A stretch of 55,381 bases of DNA from Actinomycetales bacterium (GTDB lineage: Bacteria; Actinomycetota; Actinomycetes; Actinomycetales; CAVURS01): positions 1 through 55,381 of the forward strand of contig JBJMHS010000009.1 in assembly GCA_045807245.1 (NCBI GenBank). The letters are read 5' to 3'. The notes beneath the pieces were generated by a model, which did not search any database, had not been told where the DNA came from, and worked only from the letters and a program-made list of their open reading frames with translations. How positions within the stretch are numbered: the stretch's first letter is position 1; each line of letters opens with the position of its first letter. Shown in pieces: positions 47,519 through 55,381 of this stretch. The translations under genes were made by a program, and so were the position numbers.

Positions 47519-48708
47519 CCGCCAACCAGCTGGCCCAGACCGCCGACGGCGTGTGGGGCGACGTCGTCGGCCAGGAGCGCGTGGTCGACGTGCTGCGCTC
47601 CGCCGTACGGTCCGTCACGGCGGCCGCCCCCGGGCAGGCCAGCGGCATGACCCACGCCTGGCTCTTCACCGGCCCGCCCGGCTCGGGCCGATCCGTTGCG
47701 GCCCGGGCCTTTGCCGCGGCACTGCAATGCCCGAAGGGCGGCTGCGGCCAGTGCCACGAGTGCCGTACGGCGCTGGGCGGCAGTCACGCGGACGTGTCCG
47801 TCGTGGCGACGGAGCTGCTGTCGATCAAGACCGAGCAGGCCCGCGAGCTCGTGCAGCTGGCGGCCCGCCGGCCGACGCTCGGCCGCTGGCGGGTCATCAT
47901 CATCGAGGACGCCGACCGGCTGACCGAGACGGCGGCCGACGTGCTGCTCAAGGCGATCGAGGAGCCGCCGCCCGGCACGGTCTGGATGCTCTGCGCGCCA
48001 AGCCTCGAGGACGTCATCGTGACGATCCGCAGCCGCTGCCGGCACCTGGGTCTGCGCACACCGTCCGTCGCCGCAGTCGCCGACCTGCTGGTCCGACGCG
48101 ACGGCATCGACCCGCCGATGGCGGCCTTCGCGGCGCGCGCCGCCCAGAGCCACATCGGCCTGGCCCGTCGGCTGGCCAGGGACGAGGGGGCGCGGATCCG
48201 CCGCCGCGATGTGGTGACGCTGCCCTTCCGGATCCGCGGCGTCGGCGACGCCGTGCTGCACGCAGGGGAGCTGGTGGAGACGGCCGCCGAGGAGGCCAAG
48301 TCCGCCACCGCGGAGCGGGACGCCGGCGAGCGGGAGCAGCTGGTCCACTCCTTGGGGGCGGAGCCGACGGCGCGCACGCAGCCGCCACACGTCCGAGCTC
48401 AGCTCTCCGCGCTGGAGCGAGACCAGAAGACCCGGGCCACCCGGCTGCAACGCGACGTCCTCGACCGCGCGTTGGTCGACGTGCTGTCGGTCTATCGCGA
48501 CGTCCTGGTCGTGCAGGCGGGCGACCCGGTGGACCTCGTCAACGAGGAGATGCGCACGGATCTGGCCAAGCTGGCTCGCGACCTGGCGCCCGAGCACGTC
48601 GTGCAGCGGATGCAGGCCGTGGGCGAGGCCCGCGAGCGCATCGCCGCCAACGTCGCGCCGCTGCTCGCCGTCGAGGCGATGACGGTGCAGCTGCGGGCGA
48701 GTCAATGA
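47515..48708 (+). CDS. holB: DNA polymerase III subunit delta'
   Basis: MTHAWLFTGPPGSGRS, Zn motif CPKGGCGQCHEC, LLKAIEEP, TIRSRC. Confidence 0.95.
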   Translation: MTANQLAQTADGVWGDVVGQERVVDVLRSAVRSVTAAAPGQASGMTHAWLFTGPPGSGRSVAARAFAAALQCPKGGCGQCHECRTALGGSHADVSVVATELLSIKTEQARELVQLAARRPTLGRWRVIIIEDADRLTETAADVLLKAIEEPPPGTVWMLCAPSLEDVIVTIRSRCRHLGLRTPSVAAVADLLVRRDGIDPPMAAFAARAAQSHIGLARRLARDEGARIRRRDVVTLPFRIRGVGDAVLHAGELVETAAEEAKSATAERDAGEREQLVHSLGAEPTARTQPPHVRAQLSALERDQKTRATRLQRDVLDRALVDVLSVYRDVLVVQAGDPVDLVNEEMRTDLAKLARDLAPEHVVQRMQAVGEARERIAANVAPLLAVEAMTVQLRASQ

Positions 48709-50261
48709 GGCCGGTGCCCACCCGTCGTACCAGCCCTGCCGTCGCAGTCCTCGCCCTCGTTGTCGCGCTCGCCGTCTCGGTCACCGCCTGCAGTGGCACC
48801 AAGGCACCCGACACGTCGTCGAACGCCGGCACCGGCTCACCCACCCCGGTCGCCGGTGTTGCGGCCGACCTGCAGCCGTTCTACATGCAGGTGCTCCACT
48901 GGAAGGGCTGCGGCAACGGCTTCCAGTGCTCGACCCTGTCCGTGCCGATGGACTACGACCGTCCGGCGACGCGCACGCTGCACCTGGCGCTCGTCCGGCT
49001 GCCGGCCGGAGACCAGAAACATCGTCTCGGCTCGCTGGTCCTCAACCCGGGCGGCCCCGGCGGCTCAGGCATCGAGTACGCCCGCGCCGCCAAGCAGGTC
49101 ATCAGTGACGCAGTGCGCAAGAAGTACGACGTGGTCGGCTTCGACCCCCGTGGTGTCGGCGACAGCGATCCGGTCCACTGCCTGAGCAGCACCGAGACCG
49201 ACGCCCTGTACGCCGCGGACCCGACACCGACGACACCCGACGAGATCGCCCGCTGGGTCGCGCTCAGCCGCGGGCTGGCCGAGAAGTGTCAGGCCCGGGT
49301 CGGCGCGGAGCTGAAGTTCGTCGGCACTCGCGACGCCGCGCACGACATGGACGTCCTGCGGTCGGCCGTCGGCGACCAGAAGCTCAGCTACCTCGGCAAG
49401 TCCTATGGCACCTTGCTGGGTGCGACGTACGCCGACCAGTTCCCCACGCACGTCGGCAGGATGGTCCTCGACGGGGTCGTGGACCCCGCGCTCACGGCCG
49501 AGCAGATCAACCTCGGCCAGGCCCAGGGGTTCGAGCGGGCGACTCGTGCGTTCCTCGCCGACTGCGCCAAGCACTCCGACTGCGCACTCGGCACGGACGT
49601 CGACGCGGGCCTGACCAAGCTCCGTGAGTTTCTCGGCAGTCTGACGGCGAACCCCTTGCGTACCAACGACTCCAAGCGTCCGCTGACCGAAGGCTGGGGT
49701 TCGTACGGCGTGGCCCAGGCGATGTACAGCAAGCAGCTGTGGCCGATCCTGCGCAGTGCCCTGAAGGCGGCGGTTGCCGGTGACGGCTCCGTGCTGCTCG
49801 CGCTCGCCGACCAGTACGCCCATCGCGAGAAGGACGGCCGGTACGACGGCAACCTCAACGACGCCCTGTACGCCGTCAACTGCGTAGACCGGCCACAGCA
49901 GGGTGGGCTCGAGGGCATCGAGCAGGACGTCACGACCTTCCAGCAGGCGGCGCCGGTGTGGGGTTCGTTCCTGGCCTGGGGTGCGCTGCCCTGCGCCTAC
50001 TGGCCGATCCCACCGACCGACGAGCCCAAGAAGATCAGCGCTCCGGGCAGTGGCCCGATCCTGGTGGTCGGCACGACGCGGGACCCGGCGACGCCGTACG
50101 AGTGGGCGGTGTCCCTGTCGAAGGAGCTGTCCAACGGGCACCTGCTGACCTACGACGGGGACGGCCACACGGCCTACCGCGAGGGCAGCGGGTGTGTCGA
50201 CGGGGTGGTCGACTCCTATCTGCTCAAGGCCGCCGTGCCGCCGGACGGCAAGCGCTGTTGA
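48705..50261 (+). CDS. Alpha/beta hydrolase lipoprotein (tripeptidyl-aminopeptidase-like peptidase)
   Basis: Lipobox VTAC, NPGGPGGSG, FDPRGVG, GKSYG, RDPATPY, GHT. Confidence 0.9.
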   Translation: MRPVPTRRTSPAVAVLALVVALAVSVTACSGTKAPDTSSNAGTGSPTPVAGVAADLQPFYMQVLHWKGCGNGFQCSTLSVPMDYDRPATRTLHLALVRLPAGDQKHRLGSLVLNPGGPGGSGIEYARAAKQVISDAVRKKYDVVGFDPRGVGDSDPVHCLSSTETDALYAADPTPTTPDEIARWVALSRGLAEKCQARVGAELKFVGTRDAAHDMDVLRSAVGDQKLSYLGKSYGTLLGATYADQFPTHVGRMVLDGVVDPALTAEQINLGQAQGFERATRAFLADCAKHSDCALGTDVDAGLTKLREFLGSLTANPLRTNDSKRPLTEGWGSYGVAQAMYSKQLWPILRSALKAAVAGDGSVLLALADQYAHREKDGRYDGNLNDALYAVNCVDRPQQGGLEGIEQDVTTFQQAAPVWGSFLAWGALPCAYWPIPPTDEPKKISAPGSGPILVVGTTRDPATPYEWAVSLSKELSNGHLLTYDGDGHTAYREGSGCVDGVVDSYLLKAAVPPDGKRC

Positions 50262-50296
50262 GCCTCAGAAGGCTGTGCCCTCTAGGCTCCTGACTC

Positions 50297-51505
50297 ATGG
50301 CGTACGACGTCGATGCGGTCCGCGCGCACTTCCCCTCCTTGCAGTCGGGCGTCGCTCACTTCGACGGCCCGGGTGGCTCGCAGACCCCGGACGTGGTCGC
50401 GACCGCCGTCGCCGGCACGCTCACCTCGTCGATCGCCAACCGCGGTGACGTGACTCAGGCCGAGCGCACCGCGGACGCCGTCGTGCTGGCGGCCCGCGCG
50501 GCGATGGCCGATCTGGTCGGGGGCGACCCGCGTGGTGTGGTCTTCGGTCGCAGCATGACCCAGCTGACGTACGACGTCTCCCGGACGCTGGCGAAGGCCT
50601 GGGGCCCCGGTGACGAGGTCGTCGTGAGCCGGCTGGACCATGATGCGAACGTCCGCCCGTGGGTGCAGGCGGCCGAGGCGGTGGGTGCCACCGTCCGCTG
50701 GGCCGAGTTTGACCTGGCCACAACGGAACTCACCGTCGACGCGGTACGCGAGGTGCTGTCACCGTCCACGATGCTGGTAGCACTGACGGGTGCGTCGAAC
50801 CTGCTCGGCAGCCGGCCCGACATCGCCGCGATCGCTGCTGCCGTGCGCAAGACCGGTGCGTTGTTGTACGTCGACGGGGTGCACCTGACGCCGCACGCCG
50901 CGGTCGACGTGGCCGCGTTGGGTGCGGACTTCTATGCCTGCTCGCCGTACAAGTTCCTCGGGCCTCATCTCGGCGCCGTCGTGGCCCGGCCGCAGCTGTG
51001 GGAGACGCTGCACCCGGACAAGCTGGCGCCGTCGACGGACGCGGTGCCCGAGCGGTTCGAGCTCGGGACGCTCCCGTACGAGCTCTTGGCCGGGGTGACG
51101 GCGGCAGTCGAGTTCCACGCGTCGTTCGGCGACCTTCCGGACTCAGCGCCCCGGCGCGACCGGGTCCTCGCCGGCTTGGCCGCGCTCGAAGCGCACGAGG
51201 ACGCGTTGCGCAAACGGCTGGACGACGGGCTGGCCGGGATCCGGGGAGTGACGGTGCTCTCGCGAGCGGCCGACCGGACGCCGACCGTGTTGATGACGTT
51301 CGACGACAGGGAGGCCGAGGCGGCGTACCGGTTCCTGGCCCAGCGTGGGGTCAACGCACCGGCCGGCACGTTCTACGCCTACGAGCCGGCGCTGGCGCTC
51401 GGGCTGGGTGAGGTGGGCGGCCTGCGGGCCGGCCTGGCGCCGTACAGCACCGAGGACGATGTCGAGCGCCTGCTGGAGGGCCTCGAGGAGTTCATGGCCG
51501 GCTGA
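50297..51505 (+). CDS. Cysteine desulfurase-like class V aminotransferase
   Basis: FDGPGGSQTP, LDHDAN, VDGVH, CSPYKF PLP lysine; GTFYA where SufS has the catalytic-Cys loop. Confidence 0.88.
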   Translation: MAYDVDAVRAHFPSLQSGVAHFDGPGGSQTPDVVATAVAGTLTSSIANRGDVTQAERTADAVVLAARAAMADLVGGDPRGVVFGRSMTQLTYDVSRTLAKAWGPGDEVVVSRLDHDANVRPWVQAAEAVGATVRWAEFDLATTELTVDAVREVLSPSTMLVALTGASNLLGSRPDIAAIAAAVRKTGALLYVDGVHLTPHAAVDVAALGADFYACSPYKFLGPHLGAVVARPQLWETLHPDKLAPSTDAVPERFELGTLPYELLAGVTAAVEFHASFGDLPDSAPRRDRVLAGLAALEAHEDALRKRLDDGLAGIRGVTVLSRAADRTPTVLMTFDDREAEAAYRFLAQRGVNAPAGTFYAYEPALALGLGEVGGLRAGLAPYSTEDDVERLLEGLEEFMAG

Positions 51506-51544
51506 GCTCATGGCCGGCTGAGCCAGGCCAGCGAGTGGGCTGGC

Positions 51545-52414
51545 TCAGATGGGGCTGTTGATGAAGGGCGAGGACAGGTCTGCGGCCGACTCGAGGACCG
51601 CTTCGGCCTGGGGCGTCGGCTGCCGGTCCGCCTCGGCGGCGACCACCGGAGCGAGCAGCCGGATGTCGCCCGGGGTGGCGATGCCACACGCGACCGGCTC
51701 GGCCAGGGCCCAGCTGACGGCGGCCCGGATCTCGGCGTCATTGGACAGCGGTTCGTACCAGGTCGTGAACGGATGGGCGGCATCGTTGTCGAGCCAGTTG
51801 CGGCGCGCCACCGTCTTGATGAGCCGCAAGGCGACTCCGCGTGACTCGCACTCGGCAGCCAGAGCGCGGTAGCTGTCGGCGTAGTCCGTGCGCCGCGACA
51901 GCACGTAGCTCCAGGGAGTGAGAACGGCCTGGAAGTCGAAGCGCCGCAACGCCTCCCGGTGTGTCTCGGGTGCCTCGTGACCGTGCCCGGTGATACCGAT
52001 GGCGCGGGCCAAGCCCTCGTCCCGTGCGCGGACTGCCGCTGCGAGCGCGCCGCCGTTGCCGGTCGCCTTGTCGAGCTCGTCGAGGTCGCCGACCGCGTGC
52101 AGCTGGATCAGGTCGACGTGGTCGGTCTGCAGGCGTTCGAGCGAACGGTTGATGCTGGCCCAGGCCGCCTCGGCATCACGGTCGCCGGTCTTGGTGGCGA
52201 GGAAGATCCGGTCCCGGATCTGCGGCATCCAGGGACCCAGCCGGAGCTCGGACTCCCCGTAGCTCGCTGCCGTGTCGAAGTGGTTGATGCCCGCGTCCAA
52301 GGCCTCCTGGATCGAGCGGTCGGCCGTGTCCTGGTCCACCTCCCCGAGGCCGGCGCCGCCGTAGATGAGCACCGAGGTGTCGAAGCCGAGCGTGCCGAGC
52401 GGTCGAAGCTCCAT
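51545..52414 (-). CDS. Aldo/keto reductase
   Basis: GINHFDTAASYG, FLATK, SLERLQTDHVDLIQLH, IGITGH. Confidence 0.9.
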   Translation of the reverse strand: MELRPLGTLGFDTSVLIYGGAGLGEVDQDTADRSIQEALDAGINHFDTAASYGESELRLGPWMPQIRDRIFLATKTGDRDAEAAWASINRSLERLQTDHVDLIQLHAVGDLDELDKATGNGGALAAAVRARDEGLARAIGITGHGHEAPETHREALRRFDFQAVLTPWSYVLSRRTDYADSYRALAAECESRGVALRLIKTVARRNWLDNDAAHPFTTWYEPLSNDAEIRAAVSWALAEPVACGIATPGDIRLLAPVVAAEADRQPTPQAEAVLESAADLSSPFINSPI

Positions 52415-52535
52415 GACCCAACCCTAGGCACAGTCGTGCGGGCTCGCCCGGTCCGGCTGAGCACGCCAACTCCCCTATAGTGGTCCGGGCGTTCCCTCAG
52501 GCGACCGTACGGCGGTGGGCCTGGGCCGGGACCTC

Positions 52536-52609
52536 GCCGCCTTAGCTCAGTCGGCCAGAGCAACGCACTCGTAATGCGTAGGTCGTGGGTTCGACTCCCA
52601 CAGGCGGCT
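52536..52609 (+). tRNA. tRNA-Thr (anticodon CGT); CCA not fully encoded
   Basis: GCCGCCT acceptor stem pairs with AGGCGGC; TAGCTCAG D-arm; ACGCA-CTCGTAA-TGCGT anticodon arm; GGTTCGACTCC T-arm; TATAGT upstream at 52476. Confidence 0.97.
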
Positions 52610-52643
52610 CCGTGGTACTGAGACCGAGCCTCTTGCTCCGGAC

Positions 52644-52686
52644 GATGCCCTGGTGCGCCTCCGTTGCGGAAGGGCACCAGGGCATC
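52644..52686. terminator. Hairpin between the tRNA and the convergent ScyD/E gene
   Basis: GATGCCCTGGTGC ... GCACCAGGGCATC, 13-bp stem. Confidence 0.65.
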
Positions 52687-52705
52687 AGACCAAGCCCGAC
52701 CTGGC

Positions 52706-53842
52706 TTAGCGGATGCGCACCAGCTGACCGCCCTTGGGGCACGGCCCGAAGCCGGCTCCGGGGGCGATGCTGCAGTTGGACACGTAGATCGACCCGTCCG
52801 GTGCCGCGGCGAAACCCGATGGCCAGAACAGCTGGCCGGTACCGAGATGGGTGCGATGCCCGTTGGGAGCGATCTTGACGACGTCACCCGCAGGGTTGTC
52901 CGACGGCAAGCCATCGATCTGGAACTCGGTCGCGTAGAAGTTGCCCCACTTGTCGAAGCCACACCCCTGGATCGTGGTGAAGCCACGCTTCCAGACCGAG
53001 GCGTGCACCGTGCTGCCCGAGACCACCACGCGCCACACGCGCGCACCGCCCGGCGCAAACGTCCCGCCCAGAAGCTCGCCGACGTACAGCGCGCCGTCCG
53101 GTCCCTTCGCGACGCAGGTCGGTACGGCGTCCGTCGGACTACCCGACGGCACCCGGAAGTACTGCAGCGTCTTGACGCCACCCCGATCCGTGACCTCAGC
53201 CAAGAGGTTCGCACCCGCATCCGCCACGAAGGTCCGACCGCCGATCAGCGCCACAGCGTTGGGGTTGGCGTCCGGGAACTGGTCCGGCTGCAGGAACTTG
53301 TGGTGGCTGGTCCAGATGTAGTCGTGGTTCCCCACTGCGGCCAACGTGGTCCATGTGCCTGAAGGCTTGACGGTGAGTAGCTCGCCCAGCTCAGACCGCG
53401 CCGCGTTCAACAGCCGCTGAGGGAACCCCGATGGGGGCACCCCGAAACCGGACTCCCCCAGCAGGGCACGGATCTGGCCATTCGCCGTGGTGACGCTCGA
53501 CGCGCCGATGGTTGCAACTCCGCCCTCGCCGCCAACGGAGATCAGACCCCGGACAACGCGCGTCAAGGTGCCGTGGTCGACCATCGAGACGGACGCCGTC
53601 AGCCCGATACACGTGGCGTCCTGACCTGTGCCCTGGCAATTCGAACCCGCGGAGCCGCCTTCGGCGATCCAGACGCGGCCGCTGGCGTCGACGGCCAGAC
53701 CGCGTGGGTTGTTGAGATGAGATACGACCGTGTGCACGCTCGGCGTCGAAGCGACGGCCGTCGACAGCGACGTGCCAAGAATCACCGGCAACGCAAGCGC
53801 TGCCACTCCGATGCCACTGCACCACATTCGTCGAGAAGCCAT
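52706..53842 (-). CDS. Secreted ScyD/ScyE-family beta-propeller protein
   Basis: Signal peptide, LNNPRGL, VADAGAN, DAVPT, GPDGALYVGEL, DGSIYVSN; GGAGGG RBS. Confidence 0.8.
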   Translation of the reverse strand: MASRRMWCSGIGVAALALPVILGTSLSTAVASTPSVHTVVSHLNNPRGLAVDASGRVWIAEGGSAGSNCQGTGQDATCIGLTASVSMVDHGTLTRVVRGLISVGGEGGVATIGASSVTTANGQIRALLGESGFGVPPSGFPQRLLNAARSELGELLTVKPSGTWTTLAAVGNHDYIWTSHHKFLQPDQFPDANPNAVALIGGRTFVADAGANLLAEVTDRGGVKTLQYFRVPSGSPTDAVPTCVAKGPDGALYVGELLGGTFAPGGARVWRVVVSGSTVHASVWKRGFTTIQGCGFDKWGNFYATEFQIDGLPSDNPAGDVVKIAPNGHRTHLGTGQLFWPSGFAAAPDGSIYVSNCSIAPGAGFGPCPKGGQLVRIR

Positions 53843-53982
53843 TTCGACCACCCTCCGTAGACGTCCCGCGTAGGGCCTTCCTAGTACTGCGCGCGGCCCG
53901 GGTCTAGGTGGCAAATCGGGGCATCACCGAACACTGATCCAGTATCACGTTCCGTGGCGGCCGAGGCGCCGTTCAGCGAATG

Positions 53983-54027
53983 GATGCAGCGAGGCCGCCG
54001 ACCTGATGTCGGCGGCCTCGCTGCATC
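53983..54027 (-). terminator. Perfect 20-bp hairpin downstream of the MFS gene
   Basis: GATGCAGCGAGGCCGCCGAC-CTGAT-GTCGGCGGCCTCGCTGCATC. Confidence 0.75.
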
Positions 54028-54030
54028 TCG

Positions 54031-55381
54031 TCAGTGGTGCATGTGCATGTTGGCAGCGCCGGCCAGTCTTGCCTTCGGCATCGTCGCGAAGGCGACGGCC
54101 GCAGCGGCAGCGCAGATCACGGCGACAGCAACGAGCCCACGGGTGAATCCGCCTGCGGCACCGGCTGAGGTCGTCAGGCTGCCTGCGGTCGTCGCGACGG
54201 CCGATACCACCGCAACGCCGAGGGCGGCGCCGACCTCGTGGCCAGTCATCAGGAAACCCGACGCCATACCGGCGTGCTGGGCCGGAATGCCGGCCATTGC
54301 CGTCACGGACACGGCCACGAAGACCAGGCCGGTGCCGAGGCCGACGACGAGCAGGCCGGGCAGGAGGCCCGTCAGGTACGACGAGGTGTCCGTGGCCCGT
54401 GACAGTAGGACTGCCCCCAACGCGGCAAGAACCAAGCCGGCCGTGGCGACCGAGCGCGGCGAATGCCGGGCGACGAGGTGGCTGGCGACGTGCGCGGACA
54501 GCGTCATCACGACGGCGAGGGGCAGGACCGCCAGCCCGGTTGCCAGCGCGCTGTATCCGAGCACCGTCTGGACGAACACCGAGCAGAGGAAGATGGCACC
54601 GACCAGGATGCCGGTGACACAGAACATGACCGCGGTTCCCGAGACGAGGGTCTTGATCTTCCAGGTGTGCGGCGGGACCAGAGGTCGACGCACGCGGCGC
54701 TCGATGCGCGCGAACGAGCCCAGCAGGACAACCGCCACGCCGAGCAGGCCCAGCGTTCTCGGTGAGGTCCAGCCATGGTCGACGGCACCCTGGATGCCCA
54801 GCAGCAGGGCGGCCAATCCGCCGACCGCCGCCGCGGCACCCGGCAGGTCGAGCTCGCGCAGGCCGCCGGACGTGGCTGCCTCCTTCGCGATGAGCGTGCG
54901 GCCGGCGATGAACGCGGCGACGCCGACGGGGACGTTGACCCAGAAGATCATCTGCCAACCGGCCCACGTGGTGATGGCGCCACCGAACACGACCCCGGCC
55001 GCGATGCCCATGCTGCCCAAGGCTCCCCACAGAGCGAGACCCTTGGCCCGCTGTGCGCCCGTATAGGCCGTCATGATCAGGCTGAGAGCGGCCGGCGTCA
55101 TCAACGCCGCTCCGAGACCCTGGGCCCCTCGGCTGGCGATCAGCATTCCTGCGCCCGTGGCCAGTCCGCTCAACAGAGACGCGATCGTGAAGATCGCGAG
55201 GCCGGTCAGGAACACCCGCCGGCGCGGCAACAGGTCGGCGACGCGGCCACCGAGCAGCAGTCCGCCGCCGCTCATCAGCAGGTAGGCCGTCACGACCCAC
55301 TGCAGCGGGCTGCCGCGCAAGGAGAGTGCGGTGCCGATCGAGGGAAGGGCAGTGTTCACGACGCTGATGTCCAGGACGACC
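54031..55381 (-). CDS. MFS drug:H+ antiporter (DHA2 type), 5'-truncated by window edge
   Basis: VVLDISVVNTALP, WVVTAYLLMSGGGLLLGGRVADL, FWVNVPVG. Confidence 0.9.
   Translation of the reverse strand, partial: VVLDISVVNTALPSIGTALSLRGSPLQWVVTAYLLMSGGGLLLGGRVADLLPRRRVFLTGLAIFTIASLLSGLATGAGMLIASRGAQGLGAALMTPAALSLIMTAYTGAQRAKGLALWGALGSMGIAAGVVFGGAITTWAGWQMIFWVNVPVGVAAFIAGRTLIAKEAATSGGLRELDLPGAAAAVGGLAALLLGIQGAVDHGWTSPRTLGLLGVAVVLLGSFARIERRVRRPLVPPHTWKIKTLVSGTAVMFCVTGILVGAIFLCSVFVQTVLGYSALATGLAVLPLAVVMTLSAHVASHLVARHSPRSVATAGLVLAALGAVLLSRATDTSSYLTGLLPGLLVVGLGTGLVFVAVSVTAMAGIPAQHAGMASGFLMTGHEVGAALGVAVVSAVATTAGSLTTSAGAAGGFTRGLVAVAVICAAAAAVAFATMPKARLAGAANMHMHH

Noticed and set aside
47421..50261. 946-aa ORF as a single protein
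   Set aside because: The upstream part overlaps holB in another frame; the peptidase starts at ATG 48705 with a lipoprotein signal

Overview
High-GC actinobacterial (Actinomycetota, probably non-mycolata) chromosomal segment. It is the conserved core region equivalent to M. tuberculosis Rv3682 to Rv3644c and the Streptomyces wblA-crp-acs-tad-bldG-topA region. Backbone order: yqeY, ponA2-type PBP, whiB4/wblA, two ArsA/Get3-like ATPases, DUF4177, RidA, NUDIX, MBL hydrolase, crp, nth, CoA-type NUDIX, marP, epoxide-hydrolase-like gene, holin-like gene, cation/H+ antiporter, acs, Fic-like gene, Ms1-like RNA, HAD phosphatase, 6C RNA, ssd-tadABC-flp-tadE pilus genes, bldG, hppA, topA, MFS-tmk fusion, holB, TAP-like peptidase and tRNA-Thr(CGT). 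Several accessory genes are inserted in this backbone. The most notable items are: (i) three tandem paralogous single-TM proteins with a shared four-cysteine, two-domain extracellular region directly behind the Ms1-like RNA; (ii) an NdvB/cellulose-synthase-like GT2 plus GH8 lipoprotein cassette inserted antisense between tadC and the Flp pilin; (iii) an identically spaced GTCCACAG-N20-GTCCACAG (DnaA-box-like) motif in front of both ssd and flp; (iv) a two-copy, about 78-bp palindromic intergenic repeat. No CRISPR array, transposase or integrase was seen. All family calls come from motif recognition and remembered synteny, not from database searches.
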